A stretch of 64,000 bases of DNA from Octopus vulgaris (taxonomy: Eukaryota), in NCBI GenBank assembly GCA_951406725.2, contig OX597815.1, positions 188,418,001-188,482,000 on the forward strand, written 5' to 3'. This document shows positions 49,856 to 62,850 of the stretch, piece by piece. Each line of letters begins with the position of its first letter. Positions within the stretch are counted from its first letter, which is position 1. The notes beneath the pieces are model-generated. The model was not told the DNA's origin and did not search any database. It saw nothing but the letters and a program-made list of their open reading frames with translations. A program made the translations under genes and the position numbers.

Positions 49856-50611
49856 TTACATAGCTTACATATATGTCATACCTTGATGCAGTTTGGACTG
49901 GGATCATCATTGATTGGCTGCTGATATTAACCCCTTCAGTCATGGATAAAAAAGCAAAACTATTTTTTTTATTCATAACAAAATACAGGAAAATAACACA
50001 AATTAAATAAATTTTTAAAGAATTCAATATTTAATGTCTTTAATTTTTCGCATGGATAAATAAAAATTTTGCTAACACTAGGTAAGAAAATACCAATTTT
50101 CTTACATTTGTGAGATTCACGAGAAGACACAACCGTCCTTTATAACTTTTGAGCAAATACTGAGTCAAAATCACATGGTCTTGGTTATTTATGCATTTTA
50201 GAGGTGTCTAATGAATTGGTAACTATGACTCAGCTTAATTATGATTTATATTTCTTTTGCAAATTATGTTGAAAAATTGTCTGATACATTAGACAAAGTG
50301 ACTGATGGAGTTAAATAATGTCAAGCACTTATAGTATGCAAATTAGAAATTCCAGTTCTCTGGAGGATTTGTTGTGTCTATAAACAGATTGGTTGCTCAT
50401 TTCTCTGGGATTGGTCAAGTGTTGTAGTCACCTCTGATAGGACCCCAATAATGGCTGAAAACCGATTGATGTTGTTTATAATATTTTTTTCCAAATCTAT
50501 GGAAAAGCGGTTCAATTTACCACATTTGTATGTCTGCAGTGTAGGTCTACATATATTGTTCCATATCAGGAAAACTTGCAAATTTATCTGAAGGTTACGA
50601 TGTCATTCAGA

Positions 50612-51217
50612 TTAACCCTTTGCTATTCATGTTACCCTGTCAAATGTAATCCTTATTTATTCACACTGTTTTGAATTAATCATGCATTATCTCATAGTTT
50701 CGAGATTTCAATAATTGTTTATTTTGTAGAATGATGTTGTAAGGTATGTGTGAGGCTGGATTTGGCTAATTTCAATATATATAAACGGCAAAATGTGTGA
50801 CTGTGTGTGTGTCCTTTATACAAATCCACAATTTTTCAGTTAGAGGGCTCGCACTTTCTATGGTTATTCAAAACTGTCCAAGGGTGGTCGTGCATATCTT
50901 TACATTTCTCCCAGTCACCCCACAAAGCCATTAAAAAATCAATAGAAGTGACTTTTTTGTGAATTTTCTATCCAAAACCCAATCAAAATGCCCGAAACTT
51001 GATATGCCAATTGAGTGCCAACTAGCTGTATGTGAATGATCAGAGATTTGGACAGTACTCGCGTGTATGTGCGCATGCACACAGCTGTATATGCATGCAC
51101 TAGCACTATGACCCAGTGTTGCCGGGTCATAGTACTAGTTTCAATATAAAATGGGTTGGATATTTTGGCCCGATAAATGCTAAATATTTTGACCCAGTTT
51201 AAATGCTAAAGGGTTAA
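50612..51217. mobile_element. TTAA MITE (15265 family) interrupted by a Helitron-like element
   Basis: TTAACCCTTTGC..GCTAAAGGGTTAA ends; both halves colinear with 15265-15492. Confidence 0.75.
50772..51138 (+). mobile_element. Non-autonomous Helitron-like element
   Basis: Starts TC; subterminal 10-bp hairpin ACTATGACCC..GGGTCATAGT; ends CTAG followed by T. Confidence 0.7.
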
Positions 51218-51660
51218 GCAATAGTTAGAGTATTAATGTTTTGTGTCCTGCTTCTATCCATGTTTGTCAGGGGATAAACAAGGGTGTACTTAAGCTACAC
51301 AGAATTGGTGGATAGTAACTATGATCAGTAACAACTACATTATCTTATTTTCAGTTGTGCTGTCATTTATAATCTTAATTCTCACTGAGCAGACCTAACA
51401 TCAAAGACGTTACTTCCTTGACCATCCAGCCTTTTCAGACATAGTTGTTCTCAAATTACATTAACCACTCTGTCCTATGCATATTTAATGAATGTAGTGT
51501 ATCATTTCAGGAGTATTTAGCTGCCATTTTTTGAAGATCACACATTTTCTTGCTCTTTAGTTATTTATTACTGAGGAAAACCATAAGACCAATCTTAAAA
51601 TCCGATTAAAAATAAAGCAAAAGACCAACAAAACGGTAATCAGATTGTAGAATATACTAT

Positions 51661-52083
51661 CTCTTTTTACTCTTTTACTTGTTTCAGTCATTTTACTGCG
51701 GCCATGATGGAGTACCACCTTTAGTCAAGCAAATTGACCCCAGGACTTATTCTTTGTAAGCCTAGTATTTGTTCTAGCGGTCTCTTTTGCTGAACTGCTA
51801 AGTTACAGGGACGTAAACACACCAGCATTGGTTGTCAAGCAATGTTGGGGGGGACAAACACAGACACACAAACACACGCACACACACACACACACACACA
51901 CATATATACATATATAGATGACAGGCTTCTTTCAGTGTCCATCTACCAATTCTACTCACAAGGCTTTGGTTGGCCCAAGGCTATAGTAGGAGACACTTGC
52001 CCAAGGTGCCCCGCAGTGGGACAGAACCCGGAACCATGTGGTTGGTAAGCAAGCTACTTACCACACAGCCACTCCTGCGCCTA
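51661..52083 (-). mobile_element. SINE family A
   Basis: Full-length copy. Confidence 0.85.
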
Positions 52084-52376
52084 TATATTTAATTTCATTA
52101 TATATTTCATTAATAAAAACAAAATGCATCATTGTCGATTTTTTATTGTGTCATTGTTTTATGACAATGATCATGCATGTATTTTGCATGGCAGTGTCAT
52201 GTACTCCAACCAAATGGTCATGTGATGAATGTTGCTTAACATTACTACCTTATTGCTTAAGTCGAATTTGTTTCTTCTAATTGACAACATAACAATAGCA
52301 TAGTCAGCAGGATTTAGAGAATTAGTTTGGTTTAATCCTGATTTGACTGAAATCTAGTTAAGATATCCTTACAGAT

Positions 52377-52610
52377 GGCGGCAAGCTGGCACAAACGTTA
52401 GCATGCCGGGTGAAATGCGTAGCCGTATTTCATCTGCCGTTACGTTCTGAGTTCAAATTCCGCCGAGGTCGACTTTGTCTTTCATCCTTTTGGGGGTCGA
52501 TTAAATAAGTACCAGTTATGCACTGGGGTTGATATAATTGACTTAATCCGTTTGTCTGTCCCTGTTTGTCCCCTCTATGTTTAGCCCCTTGTGGGCAATA
52601 AAGAAATAAG
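52377..52610 (+). mobile_element. SINE family B with TSD
   Basis: TAAGATATCCTTACAG on both sides. Confidence 0.9.
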
Positions 52611-52629
52611 ATATCCTTACAGTCAATAC

Positions 52630-52832
52630 TGAGAGAAGGAGCTGAAAAGTTCCCGGTTTTGGGTAAAAGAAAATAGTGGGGGATCAGTTATTTATGTTTT
52701 TATTCAATGTATTCCCCTCTCAGATTCACACGCCTATTGCAACGGTTGCTTGGTTTTCCTAATTCCTGTAAAAGAAATCAGGATTTCAACCAGACCTTCC
52801 GCAATACCCTTAAAGCTGGGAACTTTTCACCA
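52630..52832. mobile_element. Possible Tc1/mariner-type MITE
   Basis: Inverted ends GCTGAAAAGTTCCC / GGGAACTTTTCACC. Confidence 0.45.
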
Positions 52833-52834
52833 CA

Positions 52835-53770
52835 TCATCATCATGATGCTAGCATGAGTTGGACGATTTCACTGAAGTCTGGTGAACCAGATGGCCACTC
52901 AAGACTCCAATCTGATCTGGCAGAGTTTCTACCGCTGGATGCCCTTCCTAACGCCAACCATTCTGAGAGTGTAGTGGGTGCTTTTACATGCCACCAGCAC
53001 GACAGCCAGTCAGGCAGTACTGGCAACAGCCATGCTCAAATGGTGCTTTTTATGTGCCACCTGCACAGGAGCCAGTCCAGTGGCACTGGCAATGACCTCA
53101 CTTGAATGTTTTTCCTGAGCCACCAGCACAAGTGCTAGTAAGGTGACGCAGGTAACGATCACACACAAATGGTGTTTTTAACGTGCCACCAGCACGGAGG
53201 CCAGCTTGTTGCTCTGGCAACAATCATGCTCATATGGTACTCTTAGCGCTCCACTATCACAGATGCCAGTCGTCAAATTTGATTTTCATCTAAAACAAAG
53301 GAACTCAAGAACTTTGTTGGTAGTGAAGAAAAAAGCCAATATATTCATCCCTATTTGAGTGTGATCGTTACCAGCGTCACCTTACTGGCACCTGTGCTCG
53401 TGCTAGTAGGGTGCCAAGAGCACCATCTGAGTGTGATCGTTGCCAGAGTAGCCAACTGGCTTCCATGCCAGTGGCATATAAAAGGGCACTATTCGAGCGT
53501 GATCATTACCAACATCGCCTACTGGCACCTGTGCTGGTGGCATGTGTAGAAAGATTCAAGCGAGGTCGTTGCCAGTACCGCCTGACTGGCCCCTGTGCCA
53601 GTGGCATGTAAAAAGCACCCGCTACACTCTTGGAGTGGTTGGCGTTAGGAAGGGCATCCAGCTGTAGAAACTCTGCCAAATCAAGATTGGAACCTGGTGT
53701 AGCCATCTGGTTCGCCGGCCTACAGTCAAAATCGTCCAACCCATGCTAGTATGGAAAGCGGACGTTAAAC

Positions 53771-53804
<34 letters not shown>

Positions 53805-53805
53805 C
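52835..53805. mobile_element. Two family C SINEs in divergent orientation (52835-53280 minus, 53355-53805 plus)
   Basis: Family C modules and tails pointing outward. Confidence 0.8.
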
Positions 53806-54164
53806 ATCACAGAAGAAGTAAAGTATTGGAAACGATGAATTTCACAGACATATATGCAACTATAATTTTGTCAATGCTGAAACCAATAAGTTTTTCTGGC
53901 AATGAAACAGATGTCACAAGAACCAATATGCTGATATTATGAGAGGCCATGCACTTTTGTGAGCTTATGGATTAAGGACAGAAGGGCAATCTGTTGGAGA
54001 GGACTCTACAAATGCAACTAATTGATGACTATTAAATTCTGTACGTCACTCTGAAATATTAGAACGCATGCAATTACAGGAAATGCTGTTGCGTGATTGT
54101 AATAGTCTCATATCCAGCAATCTGCAATGATTAGTAATTTTACTTTGGCTCCTGTTAATAAGAA

Positions 54165-54660
54165 TAGTAATAATAATAATTATACAAGTTAATAATAATA
54201 ATAACAATGATGATGATGATGATGATGATGATAATAATAATGATGATGATAATAATGATGATAATAACAATAATAATATTAACTTGTATTATTATTATTA
54301 ACTTATCATTATTACTATTATTATTAATATTATTATTATTATCATTATTATTATTATCATCATCATCATTATTATTAACTTGTATTATTATGACATAGTA
54401 ATAATAATAATAATGATAGTAATAATAATAACATAAGTTAATAATAATAATAATAATAATAAAAATAATGATAATAATAATAATGATGATGATGAATAAT
54501 AATGATGATGATGATAATAATAATGATGATGATAATAATGATGATAATAATGATAATAATAATAATAATATGATAATAATAATAATAATAATAATAACAA
54601 GTTAATAATAATGATAATGATGATGAGGATGATGATGATGATGATAATAATAATAATAAA
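54165..54660. repeat. Compound (AAT)/(GAT) microsatellite field with a strand switch
   Basis: Units of ACAAGTT(AAT)n(GAT)n, with an inverted block at ~54280-54390. Confidence 0.85.
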
Positions 54661-55029
54661 ATTAAAATGCTAAAAATATTGCCAGTGTTACATGATGACA
54701 TGAATGATTAGAAAATGGTCACCTGTAAGTCTTGCAGACCAAAGCATGGAATAGAGTTCTGCTTTTGGAAAGATCTATTATACTGTTAGGAGAAACATTT
54801 TCAGTTTTATTTCCTTGTTTTGGAAGGAATACAACAAAGTACACCAAAGTTTCGATGCTGATGCAAACAAAATTGAGCAATGATTTTTAACAATTACACT
54901 AACTTGCAGGAATTAAGTATTTGGCAAAAATTGGTTTAGGTCGGAACCTATCATCAAATCTCAATTTCTGATGACATTCAGAAAATAGCAGCGAACACCC
55001 AGCTTGGTTTATTCCATTAGACACCTCTG

Positions 55030-55262
55030 TCATCATCATCATCGTTTAACGTCCGCTTTCCATGCTAGCATGGGTTGGATGGTTCAACTTGGGTCTGGTG
55101 AAGCAAGATGCTGCACCAGGCCCAGTCTGATCTGGCAGAGTTTCTACAGCTGGATGCCCTTCCTAATGCCAACCACTCCGTGAGTGTAGTGGGTGCTTTT
55201 TAAGTGCCACCAGCACAGGTGCCAGACGAGGCTAGCAAATGGCCACGATCGGATGGTGCTCA
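55030..55262 (-). mobile_element. SINE family C
   Basis: Tail and modules. Confidence 0.8.
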
Positions 55263-55604
55263 CACAATATAAAAACAGTGAGCACCATATTTCAAGAATC
55301 ATGGAAAATATATTAGGAGTTGTCGTTGATATAAAAATTTACCAAGATAACACCTATAAAATAAAAGCTGTTTTACAAAACTTTGCTACCAATTGTATGG
55401 CTATTAAAGAAATGAAGAGTGTCTTATGTGCAAAAGAATTATTTACTTTCCAAGGAAAATAGGCCTCAAAATATGGTATTCAACTACATGATACATTATT
55501 GAAGAAAATATTATGGAATGAATAATTTTTATGGCTTATTTAATCCAACATATTCTAAAAATTCCTGTGAATTTTCAAGTCTAAAATATAACTCTCCTCT
55601 TTTT

Positions 55605-56208
55605 TTATTTCTTTATTGCCCACAAGGAGTTAAACATAGTGGGGACAAACAAGGACAGACAAAGGGATTAAGTCGATGACATCGACCCCAGTGTCTAACT
55701 GGTACTTAATTTATCGACCCTGAAAGGATGAAAGGCAAAGTTGACCTCAGCAGAATTTTGAACTCAGAATGTAACAGCAGACAAAATACCTATTTCTTTA
55801 CTACCCACAAGGGGCTAAACACAGAGGGGACAAACAAGGTCAGACAAACGGATTAAGTCTATTATATCGACCCCAGTGCGTAACTGGTACTTATTTAATC
55901 GACCCTGAAAGGATGAAAGGCAAAGTTGACCTCAGCAGAATTTGAACTCAGAATGTAACAGCAGACAAAATACCTATTTCTTTACTACCCACAAGGTGTT
56001 AAACACAGAGGGGACAAACAAGGTCAGACAAACGGATTAAGTCGATTATATCGACCCCAGTGCGTAACTGGTACTTATTTAATCGACCCCGAAAGGATGA
56101 AAGGCAAAGTCGACCTCGGCGGAATTTGAACTCAGAACGTAGCGGCAGACAAAATACCGCTAAGCATTTCGCCCGGTGTGCTAACGTTTCTTCCAACTCA
56201 TTGCCTTT
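55605..56208 (-). mobile_element. SINE family B, internal trimer
   Basis: ~183-bp body and tail repeated three times behind a single head. Confidence 0.85.
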
Positions 56209-56844
56209 CTCTCCTCATTCCTATGGATGAACAGAGGCACAAAGTGAACATAGGCACTACAGACGTTAGTAATTATTCAACATGTGGCGTACTGTCTTAG
56301 AAGAGCTATCAAGTCCTATACTTATCACAGTGTTTATATCTGAAACCAATGGTTGCAGTTCTAATATATTTAATGGATGCTTTGGTGATTGTCTGGACTA
56401 TGCTAAGAGCTTGATATTTTTTATTAGGATGAAGATTTTCCTTGAGAACTGGCCACAGACTGTTAGAGTTCATATTTAACTCAGATGAGAAATGCCTTAA
56501 GTAACATCTGCTAGAATTTATGGTGGACAGCCTGCTGCTTTTATGTGTAAAAGGTGATATAATTCTCCATGTTGATGCTTTATTAAGAATGAAATTCAGT
56601 GATGCAATAAAGTCAGGTGAAAATGCTATAATTTAATTAGAAAATTTGTAGAGGATGGGGAAGAAAATAAGATGTAGGATTCTAAATTTAAAACAAGAAT
56701 CAAGACCGAGTCCAGATGGTCCGAAGGCTGGCTTGAACTACAAAACCTAGAAATATTCCATCACTAAATGAAGCTAATGCTGGTACCTAACATTCAGCTC
56801 TTAATGATGTTAGCTAAAGCAAAAAGGTGCACAAAGAAGTTCCT

Positions 56845-57428
56845 TCTAAATGATATTGGGCCTCACAGAGGAATAGTGGTTGAGCTCCTTTCGAATTTTG
56901 GGCCTCACAGAGGCAATGACTAAGATCTTTGGCATTATGTTGTGCCTGAGAAAAAGACCCATGAAATCAAGTAAAATCGCAGTCATGGCAGATACCAGTG
57001 TCATGCAAATGGCACCTGTGCCAGTGGCACGTAAAAGCACCTTTTGAGCATTGGGCCTCATAGAGGCAAGGACTGAGACCATTTGGCATTATGCCAGGCT
57101 TCAAGTGTTGGGCTTCATGGAGGCAATGACCAAGTCCAGTTGGCATTATATTGTGCTTGGGAAGAAGACCCATCTAGCCAAGCAAAACCACAGTCGTGGC
57201 AGATACCAGTGTCATACAAATGGCACCCGTGCTGGTGGTATGTAATAGCACCCATTAGACTCTCAGAGTGGTTGGCCTTAGGAAGGGTATCCAACCATAG
57301 AAACCATGCCAAAACAGACTGAAGTCTGGTGCAGCCTTCCAGCTTGCCAGTCCTGGTCAAATCGTTCAACCCATGCCAGCATGGACAATGGACGTTAAAC
57401 GATGATGATGATGACGACGACGACGACA
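56845..57428 (+). mobile_element. SINE family C variant with a longer duplicated 5' region
   Basis: GGCACGTAAAAGCACC module; repeated GGGCCTCA..GAGGCAATGAC units; family C tail. Confidence 0.7.
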
Positions 57429-57454
57429 GTATCTTTGTTTTGAGGTAGTAGTTT

Positions 57455-57686
57455 TATTTCTTTACTGCTCACAAGGGGCTACACACAGAGGGGACAAACA
57501 AGGACAGACAAACAGATTAAGTCGATTGTATTGATCCCAGTGCGTAACTGGTACTTATTTAATCGACCCCGAAAGGATGAAAGGCAAAGTCGACCTCGGC
57601 GGAATTTGAACTCAGAACGTAGCGACAGTGGAAATACTGCTGAGCATTTCACCCGGCGTACTTACGTTTCTGCCAGCTTGCCACCT
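57455..57686 (-). mobile_element. SINE family B with TSD
   Basis: TTTTGAGGTAGTAGTTTT on both sides. Confidence 0.9.
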
Positions 57687-58396
57687 TTTGAGGTAGTAGT
57701 TTTGCATGCATTTTGCATGATGTCATGTGACCTAACCTGATGCTCATGAGATGAAGATTATTGAACATAGCTGCTTTTCCAGTAAAGTCAGCTTCACTTT
57801 CTCTAAATGATGACATAACAAATATATGCAATTTGAATTTTAATTTTTGAGTGTCATTGAGTGTACGTTTTTATGCCATTTAACAATAAAAATCTCAGGA
57901 AGCAAAATATCAATAAAATCTCTATCAAATAGAGAATAATCAAATAGGAATTTGAATTACCACAGGTTAAGTTCTTTAATACAGTATAGAATCCAAAGAA
58001 AACCTGAGATGCTCTACACTAGCAAAGAGTAATACAAATAATTCAAATAATGGAGTGAATTTTATACTGTTTGGAGGAATAGAAGTCTAATGCTAGGTTT
58101 CTCTTCTTTCTTATGGCAAAGAGTATATTTCTCTGATACAAAACAGTCATGTTGATAAATGTTCATTGATTTAGTATCATGATTTTCATGTCATTTTTAG
58201 CAGGATAAAAATCTAATAACGACATATTTTTTTAAATCTAGACATATCTATCACAAATGTCAGAATGGCTGAAGAATGAAAAAGAAATCGAACATGTTCA
58301 AGCATCTTCTACTACAGCCTCAAGTCAATCAAAGAATTATAAGCGAAAGTGGGTAGGTAGATGGAAGCAATGAAAATCTGTTGGATGTATGCACCC

Positions 58397-58432
<36 letters not shown>

Positions 58433-58809
58433 GCACACGATACATTAGGATGGCAAAATTAATGTGTCAAACAAAGTTACTTTGTCGTATTTCAGTTTGT
58501 ATTAGTTAAACCTCTTAATCCATGTCAGCTTTGCATTTTGTTCTTTTCCCAGGTTAGTGAAATATGTACCGGACAAAATACTAGGGCCTGGTATAATCCA
58601 TTAAAACCCTTACAGTCATTGCTTCCCTATAGCAGCAATCCAATGATGAAACCAATAAAATGTTTAAATTGATGGCTCTCTATGTGATACTAAAGTTATC
58701 AGAATGTCTCAGAAATTATAAATACTTCCTGGCAAAACAAATTGTTGACATAATTTTGAATATTTGTTCCTTTTCACTTCTCTTGTGTTACTAACCACCA
58801 AAATATTTT

Positions 58810-59008
58810 TCTTATTTCTTTATTGCCCACAAGGGGCTAAATATAGAGGGGACACCGACCCCAGTGTGTAACTGGTACTTAATTTATTGACCCCGAAAGG
58901 ATGAAAGGCAAAGTCGACCTTGGTGGAATTTGAACTCAGAAGCAATGTCAGACAAAATACCGCTAAGCATTTCGCCTGGCATTCTAACGTTTCTGCCAGC
59001 TTGCCACC
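58810..59008 (-). mobile_element. SINE family B, internally deleted
   Basis: Family B motifs. Confidence 0.8.
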
Positions 59009-59469
59009 TTTTCCACGCCAACATATTTTTCTCCTCTAAAAGTAGCTGAAGATTTGTACTATTTAAGAAACTGATGGCTAACACCACATTACAGATGAGA
59101 ATGAGATTCTAAGCTCTGATTATTCACCTTCATTTATACTTTGAGAAAATCATGGACATTTTACAATCGTAATTTATCTCTTTTATAAAAATGAAGCATT
59201 GTGTCTTTGGATTAAATCAGTGGCAAGCACTATAGAGCAAAAGCAGCCATTTGCATGCCATGGCTGTTTGATTTTAATTCAAATTATCTAGATCCAGAAA
59301 ATCAAAGTGTTTACACAACCTGATTCAAAAACACACTCTTCCAGTTCAGATTTCGACATCACTGTCTCAAACACTCCCCTGAAACATGTAGATCTCTTCT
59401 TCTACCTTACAAGTCTCCCCTCAATGCAATGCAACTTTTAGAAGGATGAAGAAACACAACAAGGTATGT

Positions 59470-59812
59470 TCATCATCATCATCATCATCATCATCGTTTA
59501 ACGTCAGTTTTCCATGCTAGCATGGGTTGGACGGTTCGACCAGGGTCTGGGAAGCCAGGAGGCTGCACCAGGCTCCAGTCTGATCTGGCAGTGTTTCTAC
59601 AGCTGGATGCCCTTCCTAACACCAACCACTCCGAGAGTGTAGTGGGTGCTTTTTACGTGCCACCGGCACAAGTGCCAGGGGAAGCTGGCGATGGCCACGA
59701 TTGGTTGGTGCTATTTATGTGCCACCGGCACAGGTATCACAATTACAATTTCCATTTGAGTTTTTGATGTTGATGTACTTGACTCAATAGGTCTCCTCGA
59801 GCACAGCAGGTC
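59470..59812 (-). mobile_element. SINE family C
   Basis: Matches 3121-3750 in reverse. Confidence 0.85.
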
Positions 59813-60250
59813 TAAAAACCTATTTCACCACATTTTCAGAAACAAAAACTTAAAGCAAGAAACCAAACTCATGGTGTATGAAACTGCCATCATAGCAACC
59901 TTAATCTACAGACACAAAACACGGACCCAACCAACAAGACATCAAGAAACATGAGTACTTCCATCAGCAGTAGCTTTGTACAATCATGAACATCAAATGG
60001 GAATATAACATCAACTTTGCAGTCCTTGATCAAGTTCAAGCCAACCACATTGAAGCTGCCATCATCAAACTGGACAGGTCATGTACATCATATAAATGAT
60101 CCTAGGCTTTCCTGTCAAGTTATTTACACCAAACTCAGCACTGGCAAATTAACTCCAAGGACTGTGGATGCTGTCTGTGATGTTCCCAAGATTAAGTCAA
60201 AGAGACTATGAGTGGAAAATGAATATTGACATGAAAAGCTAGGAAGAACC
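59813..60250 (+). pseudogene. Decayed RTE-type LINE C-terminal fragment
   Basis: HIFRNKNLKQETKLMVYETAIIATLIY..EYFHQ..IMNIKWE..WTGHV motifs with frameshifts. Confidence 0.65.
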
Positions 60251-60265
60251 AGCAGCAGCAGCAGT

Positions 60266-60636
60266 GAAAGCACAATGGCCCAGTGGTTAGGGCAGCGGAC
60301 TCACGGTCAGAGGATCGTGGTTTCGGTTCCCAGACCAGGCATTGTGTGTGTTTATTGAGCAGAAACACCTAAAGCTCCACGAGGCTCTGGCAGGGGGTAG
60401 TAGCGACCCCTGTTGTACTCTTTCGCTCCAACTTTCTCTCATTCTTTCTTCCTGTTTCTTGTCCCTGACTTCCTACACAACCGCTGAGCCTGGATGCGCA
60501 TTTATCCATCTGTCGATGCTCTCAGTGTCGGGGGCTGACCTGCTTTCTCTTCTGCGGGTCTTACAAATAGTGAAGGACCACATTTCGGACTTCTCCCACT
60601 GGGACGAAGACCGCTTCGCTCAACAGCAACAGCAGG
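60266..60636 (+). mobile_element. tRNA-headed SINE sharing its head with 18655-18957 but with a different 3' half
   Basis: GCACAATGGCCCAGTGGTTAGGGCAGCGGACTC..AAACACCTAAAGCTCCAC; (CAACAG)n tail. Confidence 0.7.
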
Positions 60637-61734
60637 TTAGAAGTTCTGGTTTCAAGCCATTCCGATTGTTTTGGCATCTCTGTCTATCAAGTAGAAATTC
60701 TACAGAGACATGTTAATTTCAGGGATCAGCCTTCTCAGTTATCAGGAAAATCAACATAACAAATGAGGAAAGAAGAAATCAAATTCTAGAAAATGAAGAA
60801 TTGCTGCTACCAAACTTCAGTGGCGACATCAATAATCAAAATCTTTTAAGATGTATCAAAAGGAATATGAGAACAATAAAATAAAAAGAAGACTAAAAAA
60901 AAAAAAAATTATAGCTATATTTGTTTTTATTTTTAATCTGAAAAGAAGCTAATATTCTAAAATATATTTCTTTGTTATTAACGCAAATGTATATTTCTTT
61001 GTTATAGATGTGAAGTGAATTCATTGGAAATATATTTATTGATATGTCTAACTTATATCACTATAGGATTTATTTCCTTCAGCCAAGTTGTCTACCTCTG
61101 AGGCACAACACCATTAAAATATCGATGCATTATTTGATACAAGGCAGATATTCCTTTAAAGTCTCTTGCACTCGTGTTTCTCAAATAAAATTATTTTACT
61201 TGGCATTGAGTCAAGTTCTTGACATTGTTTTTAAACGGAAATATTTTGAATAAAAGATACTCAGATCTTGCTTAATATGTTTGTACTGTCCTAACGCCAG
61301 AGTCTATATTTAGGTGCTTGACTGCTAGAAATAGTAGACAAATCTTCCCTAAATTACATACCACCATACCATTAAAAAAAAAGTTTCATATTAATTTATA
61401 TTCCAAATCTCAGCTTAATAGGGACAAAATTATTTTACGAAATTTTTCATTATCTTCAAAATTAATTGAATCAAAAACACCGTATTTCAAAAACGTCTCC
61501 TCTCAGTCCAATACTTCATGTCTTGTGAAAGTACTTTCTTCTTTCTGTACATTAGCAACTCCTTCATTTCAGTGCTAACCATTCGTCACTTCTCCTTAAC
61601 CTTACACATTCAGCCCCAACATTTCATTCTAAATTTGTGCTGCCTCTATGAATAGTGAGTGAGAAAATCCTTGATTAGGGACAAAAAATCTGGTCTGCCA
61701 CAAGAAATTGCTACCCATTTCTTCCTTTATTTGT

Positions 61735-62065
61735 GATACCTGTGCCGGTGGCACATAAAAAGCACCATCTGAATGTGGTCGATGCCAGCGCCACATTGAC
61801 TGGCTTCTCTGCCGGTGGCATGTAAAAAGCACCAACTGATCATGGCCATTACCAGCCTCCCCTGGCACCTGTGCCGGTGGCATGTAAAAAGCACCCACTA
61901 CACTCACAGAGTGGTTGGCGTTAGGAAGGGCATCCAGCTGTAGAAATACTGCGAGATCAGACTGGAGCCTGATGCAGCCTCCTGGCTTCCCAGACCCCAG
62001 TCGAACCGTCCAACTTGTGCTAGCGTGGAAAACGGACGTTAAACGATGATGATGATGATGATGAT
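61735..62065 (+). mobile_element. SINE family C
   Basis: Three modules and (GAT)n tail. Confidence 0.85.
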
Positions 62066-62454
62066 GGACCATCATCTGATGCATGCTCCTATACTCTTCT
62101 TCACATGCCCACCCACAGACACTCTTCATGCCCTCACATATCTACCATAACACTCACCACTCCAACAAACATTCCAATTTCTCTCACCATCACTCATGAC
62201 TGTCACCTCATCCCATTTTCTAAACATCACCCTTAACACTCTTATGTTTCACATCCAACTCTCTCCCCTCAGCACTACTTATATTCACCCCCACTGTATC
62301 AGGCATGACCGTCATACATCTCCACCACCATCTATTTCTCTCTCATTTTCCCTCTGTCTGTCTCTCTATCTTTTTCTCTCACTATCTTTCTATCCTCTCC
62401 TATCTTTCCTTACTCTTGTAACCAAATATCTCCTCTATAGTAATTATTATCCTT

Positions 62455-62850
62455 CTTATTTCTTTATTGCCCACAAGGGGCTAAACATAGAGGGGACAAA
62501 CAAGAACAGACAAAGGGATTAAGTCGATTACATCAACCTCAGGACATAACTGGTACTTAATTTATCGACCCCAAAATGATGAAAGGCAAAGTCGACCTCG
62601 GTGGAATTTGAACTCAGAACATAACGGCAGACAAAATACTGCTAAGTACTTCGCCCGGCATGCTAACATTTCTGCCAGCTTGCTGCCTTTATTTATCATA
62701 TTGGTATCAAATATTTGGCACAAGGCCAGCAATTGCAGGGGAGAAATTAAGTCAATTACATCAACCCCAGTCTTCAACTGGTACTTATTTTATCAACCTT
62801 GAAAGATGAAAGGCAAAGTCAATTCAGGAGAACTTGAGTTCAAACTGTAA
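62455..62850 (-). mobile_element. Two SINE family B copies
   Basis: Family B motifs on the minus strand. Confidence 0.75.

Noticed and set aside
54965-54990. CTGATGA..GAAA close together
   Set aside because: No stem II, I or III in hammerhead register; a simple TTTCTGA/TCAGAAA hairpin
57437-57725. TGAGGTAGTAG matches the 5' end of let-7 and occurs twice
   Set aside because: It is the target-site duplication of a SINE; the rest does not match let-7 and the reconstructed empty site gives no convincing pre-miRNA hairpin
60723-60884. Possible exon after TTTCAG with a 53-codon open frame; similar acceptor-like site near 63039
   Set aside because: No recognisable domain, no partner exons, and early stops in all frames at 63039; needs transcript data
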